Shown piece after piece: positions 44,231 through 58,957 of a DNA stretch of 64,000 bases. The notes under the pieces were generated by a model. It was not told the DNA's origin. It did not search any database and saw nothing but the letters and a program-made list of their open reading frames with translations. A program made the translations under genes and the position numbers. Source of the stretch: the human T2T-CHM13v2.0 reference genome, Homo sapiens; NCBI RefSeq assembly GCF_009914755.1, contig NC_060933.1, one strand, 5' to 3'. Position 1 is the first letter of the stretch. Each line of letters begins with the position of its first letter.

Positions 44231-46109
44231 TTCCATTCCATTCCATTCCATTCCATGCCATTCCACTCGTGTTGATTCCATTCCTTTCCATTCCATTCGA
44301 GTTGAACCCATTCCATTCCATTCCATTCCATTCCATTCCAATCCATTGCACACGGGTTCATTCCATTCCATTCCATTCCATTCCGTTCCAATCCATTCCG
44401 TTCCATTCAATTCCATTCCATTCTGTTCAGGTTAATTCCATTCTATTCCTTTCCCTTCCATTCCATTCCATTCCATCCCATTGCAATCGAGTTGATTCCA
44501 TTGCATTCCATTCCATTACATTCCATTGCATTCCATTCCATTCCATTCCCCTGCACTCAGGTTGATTCCATTCGATTCCATTCCATTCCATTCCATTCCA
44601 TTCCGTTCCATTCCATTCCATTCCATTCTATTCGCGTTAATTGCATTCCATTCCATTCCATTACATTCCATTGCAATCGAGTTGATTCCATTCCATTCCG
44701 TTCCATTCCATTCCATTCCATTCCATTTCGTTCCATTCCATTCTATTCCGTACCATTCCATTCCATTCCATTCCATTCCATTCCATTCCATTCCATGCCA
44801 TTCCACTCGGGTTGATTCCATTGCTTTCCATTCCATTTGGGTTGAATCCATTCCATTCCATTCCATTCCATTCCATTCCATTCCATTGCACTAGGTTTGA
44901 TTCCATTCCACTGCATTCCATTCCATTCCATTCCATTCCGTTCCATTCCATTCCATTACATTCGGATTGATTGTATTCAATTCCCTTACACTCCATTTCA
45001 TTCCATTCCATTCGGGTTGTTTCCATGTCATTCCATTCCATTCCACTCCATTCCATTGCACTCGGGTTGATTCCATTCCATTCCATTCCATTCTATTCCA
45101 TTTCGTTCCATTCCATTCTATTCGGTACCATTCCATTCCATTCCATTCCCTTCCATTCCATTCCATTCCATTCCATGCCATTCCACTTGGGATAATTCCC
45201 TTCCTTTCCATTCCATTCGGGTTGAATCCATTCCATTCCATTCCATTCCAATCCATTCCATTCCTTTCCATTCCATTGCACACGGGTTGATTCCATTCCA
45301 TTCCTTTCTGTTCCATTCCGGATGACTCCATTCCATTGCATTCCATTCCATTCCCCTGCACTCGGGTTCATTCCATTCCATTCCATTTACTTCCATTCCA
45401 TTCCATTCCATTCCATTCCATTCTATTCGGGTTAATTCCATTCCATTCCATTCCATTCCATTCCATTCCGTTCCATTCAATTCCATTACATTCGGATTGA
45501 TTCTTTTTAATTCCCTTACACTCCATTACATTCTATTCCATTCGGGTAGTTTCCATACCATTCCATTCCATTCCACTGCATTCTATTGCACTCGGGTTGA
45601 TTGATTCCATTCCATTGCATTCCATTCCATTCCATTCCATTCCGGATGATTCCATTCCAATGCATTCCATTGCATTCCATTCCCCTGTACTCGGGTTGAT
45701 CCCATTCCATTGCATTCCATTCCATTCCATTCCATTCCATTCCATTCCATTCCGTTCCGTTCCATTCCATTCCCTTCCATTCTGTTCAGGTTAATTCCAT
45801 TCCATTCCATAACCTTCCATTCCATTCCATTCCATTCCATTCCATTCCATGCCATTCCACTCGGGTTAATTCCATTCCTTTCCATTCCATTCGAGTTGAA
45901 CCCATTCCATTCCATTCCATTCCATTCCATTCCACTCGGGTTGATTCCATTCCTTTCCATTCCATTCGGGTTGAAACCATTCCATTCCATTCCATTCCTT
46001 TCGATTCCATTCCATTTCACTCGGGTTGATCCCATTCCATTCCATTCCATTCCATTCCATTCCATTCTATTCGGGTTAATTCCATTCCATTCCATTCCAT
46101 TCCATTCCC

Positions 46110-46270
46110 TTCCATTCCATTCTATTCCATTCCATTCCATTCCATTCCATTCTAGTAGGGTTAATTCCATTCCATTCCATTCCATTCCATTCCATTCCAT
46201 TCCATTCCATTCCATTCCATTCTAGTAGGGTTAATTCCATTCCATTCCATTCCATTCCATTCCATTCCAT
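46110..46270 (+). repeat. 70-bp tandem duplication carrying a private variant TCTAGTAGGGTTAATT
   Basis: TCTAGTAGGG at 46151 and 46221. It was not seen elsewhere in the window. Confidence 0.85.
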
Positions 46271-49200
46271 TCCATTACATTGCAATCGAGTTGATTCCAT
46301 TCCATTCCATTCCATTCCATTCCATTCCATTCCATTGAACTCGGGTTGATTCCATTCCATTCCATGCCATTCCATTTAATTCCATTCCATTCCATTCCAT
46401 TCCATTCCATTCCATTCCATTCCTTTCCGTTCCATTCAATTACATTCGGATTGATTCTATTCAATTCCCTTACACTCCAATACATTCTATTCCATTCGTG
46501 TTGTTTCCATTCTATTCCATTCCATGCCACTCCATTCCATTGCACTCTGGTTGATTCCATTCCATTCCCTTCCATTTCGTATGACTCCATTCCATTTCAT
46601 TCCATTGCATTGCTTTCCCCTGCACTCGAGTTGATTACATTCCATTCCATTCCCTTCCTTTCCGTTCCATTCCATTCTATTCGGGTTAATTCCATTCCAT
46701 TCCATTGCATTCCATTCCCTTCCATTCCATTCCATTCCATTACATTCCATTCCCTTCGATTCTATTCGGGTTAATTCCATTCCATTCCATTCCATTCCAT
46801 TCCATTCCATTCCATTCCATTGCAATCGAGTTGATTCCATTCCATTCCATTCCATTCCATTCCGGATGATTCCATTCCATTGCCTTTCATTCCATTCCAT
46901 TACCATGCACTCGGGTTGTTTCCATTCCATTCCATTCCATTCCATTCCATTCCATTTCATTCCATTCGATTCTAATCCGCACCATTCAATTCCATTCCAT
47001 TCCATTCCATTCCATTCCATTCCAGTCCATGCCATTCCACTCGGGTTGATTTCATTCCTTTCCATTCCATTCGAGTTGTATCCTTTCCATTCCATTCCAT
47101 TCCATTCGATTCCATTCCATTGCACACGGGTTCATTCCATTCCATTCCATTCCATTCCATTCCATTCCATTCCATTCCATTTCGTTCCATTCCATTCTAT
47201 TCCGTACCATTCCATTCCATTCCAGTCCATTCCATGCCATTCCACTCAGGTTGATTCCATTCCTTTCAATTCCAGTTGGGTTGAATCCATTCCATTCCAT
47301 TCCATTCCATTCGATTCCATTACATTACACTCGGGTTGATTCCAATCCATTCCATTCCATTCCATTCCATTCCATTCCATTCCATTCCATTCCATACCAT
47401 TCCATTCCATTCCATTCCATGCCATTCCACTCGGGTTGATTCCATTCCTTTCCATTCCTTTCGAGTTGAACCCATTCCATTCCATTGCATTCCATTCCAT
47501 TCCATTCCATTGCACACGGGTTCATTCCATTCCATTCCATTCCATTCCATTCCATTCCATTTCGTTCTTTTCCATTCTATTCCGTACCATTCCATTCCAT
47601 TCCATTCCATTCCATTCCATGCCATTCCACTCGGGTTTATTCCATTCCTTTCCATTGCATTCGGGTTCAATCCATTCCATTCCCTTCCATTCCATTCAAT
47701 TCCATTCCATTGCACTCGGGTTGATTCCATTCCATTCCATGCCATTCCATTTCATTCCATTCCATTCCATTCCATTCCATTCTATTCCGTTCCATTCCAT
47801 TCAATTACATTCGTATTGATTCTTTTTAATTCCCTTACACTCCATTACATTCCATTCCATTCGGGTACTTTCCATTCCATTCCATTCCATTCCACTGCAT
47901 TCTATTGCACTCGGGTTGATTGATTCCATTCCATTGCATTCCATTCCATTCCATTCCCCTGAACTCGGGTGGATTCCATTCCATTCCATTCCATTCCATT
48001 CCGTTCCATTCCATTCCATTCCATTCTGTTCAGGTTAATTCCATTCCATTCCATTCCCTTCCATTCCATTCCATTCTATTCCATTCCATTCCATTCCATT
48101 CCTCTGCACTCAGTTTGATTCCATTCCATTCCATTCCATTCCATTCCGTTCCATTCCATTCCAATCCACTTTATTCGCATTAATTCCATTCAATTCCATT
48201 CCATTACATTCCATTGCAATCGAGTTGATTCCATTCCATTCCATTCCATTCCATTCAAGTCCTTTCCATTCCATTCCACTCGTGTTGATTCCATTTTATT
48301 AGTTTCCATTCCATTCCATTCCCTTCCATTCCACTCTGGTTGATTCCATTCCTTTCCATTCTACTCGATTGCATTCCCTTCTAATCCACTTGGATTGATT
48401 CCATTCCATTCCGTTCCATTCCATTCCATTTCGTTCCATTCCATTCTATTCCATTCCATTCCATTCCATTCCTTTCCATTCCATTCCGTTCCATTCCATT
48501 CCATTCCATTCCATTTCTTTCCATTCCATTCTATTCCATACCATTCCATTCCATTCCGTTGCATGCCATTCCACTCGGGTTGATTCCATTGCTTTCCATT
48601 CCATTTGGGTTGAATCCATTCCATTCCATTCCATTCCATTCCATTCCATTCCATTCCATTCCGTTCCATTCCATTCCATTACATTCGTATTGATTGTATT
48701 CAATTCCCTTACACTCCATTCCATTCCATTCCATTCGGGTTGTTTCCATTCCATTCAATTCCTTTCCACTCCATTCCATTGCAGTCGGGTTGATTCCATT
48801 CCATTCCATTCCATTCCTTTCCATTCCATTTCGTTCCATTCCATTCTATTCCATACCATTCCATTCCATTCCATTCCATTCCATTCCATTCCATTCCATG
48901 CCATTCCACTCGGGTTGATTCCTTTCCATTCCATTCCATTCGGGTTGAAACCATTCCATTCCATTCTATTCCATTGCATTCCGGATGATTGCATTCCATT
49001 GCCTTGCATTCAATTGCATTCCCCTGCACCCGGGTTGATTCCATTCCATTCCATTCCATTCCATTCCGTTCCCTTCCATTCCATACCATTCCATTCCATT
49101 CCAATCCATTCTATTCGGGTTAATTCCATTCCATTCCATTCCATTCCATTCAATTTCATTGTAATCGGGTTGATTCCATTCCGTTCCATTCCATTGCATT

Positions 49201-52200
49201 CCATTCCATTCCATTCCATTCCATTCCATTCCACTCGGGTTGATTCCATTCCTTTCCATTCCATTCGGGGTGAAGCCTTTCCATTCCATTCCATTCCTTT
49301 CGATTCCATTCCATTGCACTCGGGTTGATCCCATTCCTTTGCATTCCATTCCATTCCATTCCATTCCATTCCATTACATTCCATTCCGTTCCATTCAATT
49401 CCATTACATTCGGATTGATTCTATTCAATTCCCTTACAATCCATCACATTCCATTCCATTCGGTTTGTTTCCATTCCATTCCATTCCATTAAATTCCATT
49501 CCATTCCATTCCATTCCGTATGATTCCATTCCATTGCATTCTATTCCATTCCATTCCCCTGCACTCAGGTGGATTCCATTCTATTCCATTCCATTCCATT
49601 CCATTCCATTCCATTCCATTGAAATCGAGTTGATTCCATTCCATTCTATTCCATTCAATTCCATTCCATTCCATTCTATTCTGGTTAATTCCATTGCATT
49701 CCATTCCATTCCCTTCCATTCCATTCCATTCTATTCCATTCCATTCCATTCTATTAGGGTTAATTCCATTCCATTCCATTCCATTCCATTCCATTCCATT
49801 CCATTGCAATCGAGTTGATTCCATTCCATTCTATTCCATTCCATTCCATTCAATTCCATTGAACTCGGGTTGATTCCATTCCATTCCATGCCATTCCATT
49901 TCATTCCAATCCATTGCCTTCCATTCCATTCCATTCCTCTGCACTCGGGTTGATTCCATTCCTTTCCATTCCATTCCATTCCATTCCATGCCATTCCACA
50001 CGGGTTGATTCCATTACTTTCCATTCCATTCGAGTAGAATCCATTCCATTCGATTCCATTCCATTCCATTCCATTCCATTGCTCACGGATTCATTGCATT
50101 CCATTCCATTCCATTCCATTCTATTCCATTTCATTCCATTTCTTTCCATTCCATTCTCTTCCGTACCATTCCATTCCATTCCATTCCACTTCATTCCATG
50201 CCATTCCACTCGGGTTTATTCCATTCCTTTCCATTCCATTCGGGTTGAATTCATTCCATTCCATTCCATTCCATTCCATTCCATTGCACTCGGGTTGATT
50301 CCATTCCATTCCATTCCATTTCATTCCATTCCCTTCCATTCCATTCCCTTCCATTCCATTCCATTCCATGCCATTCCACTCGGGTTGATTCCATTCCTTT
50401 CCATTCCATTCCAGTTGAACCCATTCCATTCTATTCCATTCCATTCCATTCCATTCCATTCCATTGCACACGGGTTCATTCCATTCCAATCCATTCCATT
50501 CCATTCCATTCCATTCCATTTCGTTCCATTCCATTCTATTCCTTACCATTCCATTCCATTCCATTCCCTTCCATGTCATTTCACTCGGGTTTATTCCATT
50601 CCTTTCCATTCCATTCCGGTTGAATCCATTCCATTCCATTCCATTCCATTCCATTGAACTCGGGTTGATTCCATTCCATTCCATGCCATTCCATTTCATT
50701 CCATTCCATTCCATTCCGTTCCATTCCATTCCATTCCTTTCCGTTCAATTCCATTACATTCGGATTGATTCTTTTTAATTCCCTTACACTCAATTACATT
50801 CCATTCCATTCGGGTACTTTCCATTCCATTCCATTCCATTCCTCTGCATTCTATTGCACTCGGGTTGATTGATTCCATTCCATTGCATTCCATTCCATTC
50901 AGGATGATTCCATTCCATTGTATTCCCTTCCATTCCATTCCCCTGCACTCGTGTTGATTCCATTCCTTTCCATTCCATTCCATTCCGTTCCATTCCATTC
51001 CATTACATTCGTACTGATTGTACTCAATTCCCTTACACTCCATTACATTCCATTCCATTCGGGCTGTTTCCATTCCATTACATTCCATTCCACTCCATTC
51101 CATTGCAGTCAGGTTGATTCCATTCCATTCCATTCCATTTCATTCCATTCCATTCCATTTCGTTCCATTCTTTCTATTCCTTAACATTCCATTCCGTTCC
51201 ATTCCATTCCATTCCATGCCATTCCACTCGGGTTGATTCCATTCCTTTCCATTCCATTCGGGTTGAATCCATTCCATTCCATTCCATTCCATTCCTTTCC
51301 GTATGATTCCATTCCATTGCATTCCATTCCATTCCATTCACCTGCACTCGGGTGGATTCCATTCTATTCCATTCCATTCCATTCCATTCCATTCCATTCC
51401 ATTCCATTCCATTCCATGCCATTCCATTCCATTCTATTCGGGTTAATTTCATTCCATTCCATTCCATTCCATTTCATTCCATTCCATTCCCTTTCATTCC
51501 ATTCCATTCCTTTCCATTCCATTCCATTGAAATCGAGTTGATTCCATTCCATTCCATTCCATTCCATTCCATTCCATTCCATTCCATTCCATTCCGTTCC
51601 AATGCATTCCATTCTATTCAGGTTAATTCCATTCCATTCCATTCCATTCCATTCCATTCCATTCCATTCCATTCCATTCTATTAGGGTTAATTCCATTCC
51701 ATTCCATTCCATTCCATTCCATTCCATTCCATTCCATTTCAATCGAGTTCATTCCATTCCATTCCATTCCATTCCGTTCCATTCCATTCAATTCCTGATG
51801 ATTCCCTTCCATTTCCTTCCATTCCATTCCATTCCCCTGCACTCGGGTTGATTCCGTTCCATTCCATTCCATTCCATTCCATTCCATTCCATTCCATTCC
51901 ATTCCATTTCGTTCCATTCCATTCTATTCCGTACCATTCCATTCCATTCCATTCCATTCCATTCCATTCCATTCCATTCCATGCCATTCCACTCGGGTTG
52001 ATTCCATTCCTTTCCATTCCATTCGAGTTGAACCCATTCCATTCCATTCCATTCCATTCCATTCCTTTCCATTCCATTCCATTTCGTTCCATTCCATTCT
52101 CTTCCGTAGTATTCCATTCCATTCCATTCCACTCCATTCCATGCCATTCCACTCGGGTTTATTCCATTCCTTTCCATTCCATTCGGGTTGAATTCATTCC

Positions 52201-55200
52201 ATTCCATTCCATTCCATTCCATTCAATTCCATTACATTGCACTCGGGTTGATTCCATTCCATTCCATTCCATTTCAATCCATTCCCTTCCATTCCGTTTC
52301 ATTCCATTCCATTCCATTCCATTCCATGCCATTCCACTCGGGTTGATTCCATTCCTTTCCATTCCATTCTGGTTGAACCCATTCCATTCCATTCCATTCC
52401 ATTCCATTCCATTGCACACGGGTTCATTCCATTCCATTCCATTCCATTCCATTCCATTCCATTCCATTCCATTTCGTTCCATTCCATTCTATTCCTTACC
52501 ATTCCATTCCATTCCTTTCCCTTCCATGCCATTTCACTCGGGTTTATTCCATTCCTTTCCATTCCATTCGGGTTGAATCCATTCCATTCCATTCCATTCC
52601 ATTTGATTCCAATCCATTGAACTCGGGTTGATTCCATTCCATTCCAAGCCATTCCATTTCATTCCATTCCATTCCATTCCATTCCATTCCATTCCGTTCC
52701 ATTCCATTCCATTACATTCGGATTGATTCTTTTTAATTCCCTTACACTCCATTACATTCCTTTCCATTCGGGTAATTTCCATTCCATTCCATTCCATTCC
52801 ACTGCATTCTATTGCACTCGGGTTGATTGATTCCATTCCATTGCATTCCATTCCATTCCATTCCCCTGCTCTCGGGTTGATCCCATTGCATTGCATTCCA
52901 TTCCATTCCATTCCATTCCATTCCATTCCGTTCCATTCCATTCCATTCCATTCTGTTCAGGTTAATTCCATTCCATTCCATTCCATCCCATTGCAATCTA
53001 GTTGATTCCATTGCATTCCATTCCATTCCATTCCATTCCATTCCATTGCATTCCATTCCATTCCATTCTCCTGCACTCAGATTGATTCCATTCCATCCCA
53101 TTCCATTCCATTCCGTTCCATTACATTCCATTCCATTCTATTCGCGTTAATTCCATTCCATTCCATTCCATTACATTCCACTGCAATCGAGTTGATTCCA
53201 TTCCATTCCGTTCCATTCCATTCCATTCCATTCCATTTCGTTCCATTCCATTTTATTCTGTACCATTCCATTCCATTCCATTCCATTCCATTCCATTCCA
53301 TTCCATGCCATTCCACTCGGGTTGATTCCATTGCTTTCCATTCCATTTGGGTTGAATCCAATCCATTCCATTCCATTCCATTCCATTCCATTCCATTCCA
53401 TTCCATTGCACTAGGTTTGATTCCATTCCACTGCATTCCATTCCATTCCATTCCGTTCCATTCCATTCCATTACATTCGGATTGATTGTATTCAATTCCC
53501 TTACACTCCATTACATTCCATTCCATTCGGGTTGTTTCCATTCCATTACATTCCATTCCACTCCATTCCATTGCACTCAGGTTGATTCCATTCCTTTCCA
53601 TTCCATTTCGTTCCATTCCATTCTATTCCGTACCATTCCATTCCATTCCATTCCATTACATGCCATTCCACTCAGGTTTATTACATTCCTTTCCATTCCA
53701 TTCGGGTTGAATCCATTCCATTCCATTCCATTCCATTCCATTCCATTCCATTCCTTTGCACTCGGGTTGATTCCATTCCATTCCCTGCCATTCCATTTCA
53801 TTCCATTCCATTCCATTCCATTCCATTCCATTCCATTCCATTCCGTTCCATTCCATTCCATTACATTCGGATTGATTGTATTCAATTCCCTTACACTCCA
53901 TTACATTCCATTCCATTCGGGTTGTTTCCGTTCCATTACATTCCATTCCACTCCATTCCATTGCATTCAGGTTGATTCCATTCCATTCCATTCCATTCCA
54001 TTCCATTCCATTCCATTCCATTCCATTCCATTTCGTTCCATTCCATTCTATTCCGTACCATTCCATTCCATTCCATTCCATTCCATGCCATTCCACTCGG
54101 GTTGATTCCATTCCTTTCCATTCCATTCGGGTTGAATCCATTCCATTCCATTCCATTGCATTCCGTTCCATTCCATTCCCCTGCAATCGGGTGGATTCCA
54201 TTCTATTCCATTCCATTCCATTCATTCCATTCCATTCCATTCCATTTCGTTCCATTCCATTCTATTCCATACCTTTCCATTCCATTCCATTCCATTCCAT
54301 TCCATGCCATGCCATTCCACTCGGGTTGATTCCATTCCTTTCCATTCCATTCTAGTTGAATCCATTTCATTGCATTCCATTCCATTCGATTCCATTCAAT
54401 TGCACACGGGTTCATTCCATTCCATTCCATTCCATTCCATTCCATTCCATTCCATTCCATTTCGTTCCATTCCATTCTATTCCATACCATTCCCTTCCAT
54501 TCCATTCCATTCCACTCCATTCCATGCCATTCCACTCGGGTTTATTCCGTTCCTTTCCATTCCATTCGGGTTGAATCCATTCCATTCGGGTTGAATCCAT
54601 TCCATTCCATTCAATTCCATTCCATTCCATTCCATTCCATGCCATTCCACTCGGGTTGATTCCATTCCTTTCCATTCCATTCGAGTTGAACCCATTCCAT
54701 TCCATTCCATTGCATTCGATTCCATTCCATTCCATTGCTCACGGGTTCATTCCATCCAATTCCATGCCATTCCATTGCATTCCATTCCATTTCGTTCCAT
54801 TCCATTCTACTCCTTACCATTGCATTCCATTCCATTCCCTTCCATGCCATTTCACTCGGGTTTATTCCTTTCCTTTCCATTCCATTCGGGTTGAATCCAT
54901 TCCATTCCATTCCATTGCATTCCATTCCATTCCATTCCCCTGTAATCGGGTGGATTCCATTCTATTCCATTCCATTCCATTCCATTCCATTCCATCCCAT
55001 TCCATTCCATTTCGTTCCATTCCATTCTATTCCGTACCTTTCCATTCCATTCCATTCCATTCCATTCCATGCCATGCCATTCCACTCGGGTTGATTCCAT
55101 TGCTTTCCATTCCATTTGGGTTAAATCTAATCCATTCCATTCCATTCCATTCCATTCCATTCCATTGCACTAGGTTTGATTCCATTTCACTGCATTCCAT

Positions 55201-55380
55201 TCCATTCCATTCCATTAAATTCCATTCCACTCGGGTTGATTCCATTCCTTTCCATTCCATTCGTGTTGAATCCATTCCATTCCATTCCATTACTTTCGAT
55301 TCCATTCCATTGCACTCGGGTTGAACCCATTCCATTGGATTCCATTCCATTCCATTGCATTCCATTCCGTTCCATTCCAT

Positions 55381-55485
55381 TCCATTACATTCGTATTGAT
55401 TCTATTCACTTCCCTTACACTCCATTCCATTCCATTACATTCGTATTGATTCTATTCAATTCCCTTACACTCCATTCCATTCCAT
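55381..55485 (+). repeat. 50-bp tandem duplication of the TCGTATTGATTCTATTCA-TTCCCTTACAC module
   Basis: TCGTATTGAT at 55391 and 55441 with matching flanks. Confidence 0.85.
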
Positions 55486-56071
55486 TCCATTCGGGTTGTT
55501 TCCATTCCATTCCATTCCATTCCACTCCATTCCATTGCAATCGGGTTGATTCCATTCCATTCCATTCCCTTCCATTCCATTCCATTCCATTACATCCCAT
55601 CCAATTGCAATCGAGTTGATTCCATTGCATTCCATTCCATTCCATTCCATTCCATTGCATTCCATTCCATTCCATTCCCCTGCACTCAGATTGATTCCAT
55701 TCCATCCCATTCCATTCAATTCCGTTCCATTCCATTCCATTCCATTCTATTCGCGTTAATTCCATTCCATTCCATTACATTCCATTGCAATCGAGTTGAT
55801 TCCATTCCATTCCGTTCCATTCCATTCCATTCCATTCCATTTCGTTCCATTCCATTCTATTCCGTACCATTCCATTCCATTCCATTCCATTCCATTCCAT
55901 TCCATTCCATGCCATTCCACTCGGGTTGATTCTATTGCTTTCCATTCCATTTGGGTTGAATCCAATCCATTCCATTCCATTCCATTCCATTCCATTCCAT
56001 TGCACTAGGTTTGATTCCATTCCACTGCATTCCATTCCATTCCATTCCGTTCCATTCCATTCCATTACATT

Positions 56072-56169
56072 CGGATTGATTGTATTCAATTCCTTACACT
56101 CCATTACATTCCATTCCATTCGGATTGATTGTATTCAATTCCTTACACTCCATTACATTCCATTCCATT
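56072..56169 (+). repeat. 49-bp tandem duplication, both copies carrying the same 1-bp deletion
   Basis: CGGATTGATTGTATTCAATTCCTTACACTCCATTACATTCCATTCCATT at 56072 and 56121. Elsewhere the module reads CAATTCCCTTACAC. Confidence 0.9.
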
Positions 56170-58957
56170 CGGGTTGTTTCCATTCCATTCCATTCCATTC
56201 CATTCCATTCCATTCCATTCCATTGCACTCAGGTTGATTCCATTCCATTCCATTCCATTCCATTCCATTCCATTTCGTTCCATTCCATTCTATTCCGTAC
56301 CATTCTATTCCATTCCATTCCATTCCATGCCATTCCACTCGGGTTTATTCCATTCCTTTCCATTCCATTCGGGTTGAATCCATTCCATTCCATTCCATTC
56401 CATTCCATTCCATTCCATTCCATTGCACTCGGGTTGATTCCATTCCATTCCCTGCCATTCCATTTTATTCCATTCCATTCCATTCCATTCCATTCCATTC
56501 CATTGCATTCCATTCCATTCCATTCCAGTCCATTCCATTACATTCGGATTGATTGTATTCAATTCCCTTACACTCCATTACATTCCATTACATTCGTGTT
56601 GTTTCCGTTCCATTACATTCCCTTCCACTCCATTCCATTGCACTCAGGTTGATTCCATTCCATTCCATTCCATTCCATTCCATTCCATTCCATTCCATTT
56701 CGTTCCATTCCATTCTATTCCCTACCATTCCATTCCATTCCATTCCATTCCATGCCAATCCACTCGGGTTGATTCCATTCCTTTCCATTCCATTCGGGTT
56801 GAATCCATTCCATTCCATTCCATTCCATTCCATTCCATTCCATTCCATTCCCCTGCAATCGGGTGGATTCCATTCTATTCCATTCCATTCTATTCCATTC
56901 CTTTCCATTCCATTCCATTCCATTCCATTTCGTTCCATTCCATTCTATTCCGTACCATTCCTTTCCATTCCATTCCATTCCATTCCATGCCATGCCATTC
57001 CACTCGGGTTGATTCCATTCCTTTCCATTCCATTCTAGTTGAATCCATTCCATTGCATTCCATTCCATTCGATTCCATTCAATTGCACACGGGTTCATTC
57101 CATTCCATTCCATTCCATTCCATTCCATTTCGTTCCATTCCATTCTATTCCGTACCATTCCCTTCCATTCAATTCCATTCCACTCCATTCCATGCCATTC
57201 CACTCGGGTTTATTCCATTCCCTTCCATTCCATTCGGGTTGAATCCATTCCATTCCATTCCATTCCATTCCATTCCATTCCATGCCATTCCACTCGGGTT
57301 GATTCCATTCTTTTCCATTCCATTCGAGTTGAACCCATTCCATTCCATTCCATTCCATTCCATTCCACTCCATTCCGTTCCACTCGGGTTGATTCCATTC
57401 CTTTCCATTCCATTCTGGTTGAAACCATTCCATTCCATTCCATTCCTTTCGATTCCATTCCATTTCACTCGGGTTGATCCCATTCCATTGCATTCCATTC
57501 CATTCCATGGCATTCCATTCCGTTCCATTCCATTCCATTACATTCGTATTGATTCTATTCAATTCCCTTACTCTCCATTACATTCCATTCCATTCGGGTT
57601 GTTTCCATTCCATTCCATTCCATTCCACTCCATTCCATTGCAATCGGGTTGATTCCATTCCATTCCATTGCATTCCATTCCATTTCATTCCATTCCATTC
57701 CATTCCATTCCGTATGATTCCATTCCATTGCATTCCATTCCATTCCATTCCACTGCACTCGGTTGGATTCCATTCTATTCCATTCCATTCCATTCCATTC
57801 CATTCCATTCCATTCCATTCCATTCCATTCCATTCTATTCGGGTTAATTTCATTCCATTCCCTTCCATTCCATTCCATTCCATTCCATTCCATTCCATTC
57901 CAATGAAATCGTGTTGATTCCATTCCATTCCATTCCATTCCATTCCATTCCATTCTATTCGTGTTAATTCCATTCCATTCCATTCCATTCCATTCCCTTC
58001 CATTCCATTCCATTCCATTCCATTCCATTCCATTCCATTCTATTAGGGTTAATTCCATTCCATTCCATTCCATTCCATTCCATTCCATTCCATTCCACTC
58101 CATTCCATGCCATTCCACTCGGGTTTATTCCATTCCTTTCCATTCCATTCGGGTTGAATCCATTCCATTCCATTCCATTCCATTCCATTCCATGCCATTG
58201 CACTCGGGTTGATTCCATTCCTTTCCATTCCATTCGAATTGAACCCATTCCATTCCCTTCCATTCCATTCCATTCCATTGCATTCCATTCCATTGCTCAC
58301 GGGTTCATTCCATTCCATTCCATTCCATTCCATTCCATTCCATTCCGTTCCATTCCATTCCATTCCATTCTGTTCAGGTTAATTCCTTTCCATTCCATTG
58401 CCTTCCATTCCATTCCATTCCATTCCATCCCATTGCAATCTAGTTGATTCCATTGCATTCCATTCCATTGCATTCCATTCCATTGCATTCCATTCCATTC
58501 CATTCCCCTGCACTCAGATTGATTCCATTCCATCCCATTCCATTCCATTCCGTTCCATTACATTCCATTCCATTCTATTCGCGTTAATTCCATTCCATTC
58601 CATTACATTACATTCCATTGCAATCGAGTTGATTCCATTCCATTCCGTTCCATTCCATTCCATTCCATTCCATTTCGTTCCATTCCATTCTATTCTGTAC
58701 CATTCCATTCCATTCCATTCCATTCCATTCCATTCCGTGCCATTCCACTCAGGTTGATTCCATTGCTTTCCATTCCATTTGGTTTGAATCCAATCCCTTC
58801 CATTCCATTCCATTCCATTCCATTCCATTGCACTAGGTTTGATTCCATTCCACTGCATTCCATTCCATTCCATTCCGTTCCATTCCATTCCATTACATTC
58901 GGATTGATTGTATTCAATTCCCTTACACTCCATTGCATTCCATTCCATTCGGGTTGT

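Larger units (their letters stand above)
1..44240 (+). repeat. Sub-domain A: homogeneous HSat3 variant (9q12/HSat3B5-like), C-rich strand on +
   Basis: Diagnostic modules TTCCGGAAGATTCC, CCCCTGCACTCGCGTTG, TCGATTGCAATCGA, CATTCTTTCCATTCCATTCAAGTTGAATCC, CGGGTTGTTCC and CTCGAATACATTCCCTCCTATTCCACTCGGAACG recur up to ~44,230. CGATTCCATTCGATTGCACTCGGGTTGATT (e.g. 1585, 3446) matches what I recall of the chr9 pHuR98 Sat III sequence. The subfamily label is therefore tentative. Confidence 0.8.

Noticed and set aside
1-44240. CRISPR-like alternation of constant repeats and variable spacers
   Set aside because: The 'spacers' are a small recurring set of pentamer-derived modules rather than unique sequences. 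Repeat lengths vary and no cas genes are present.
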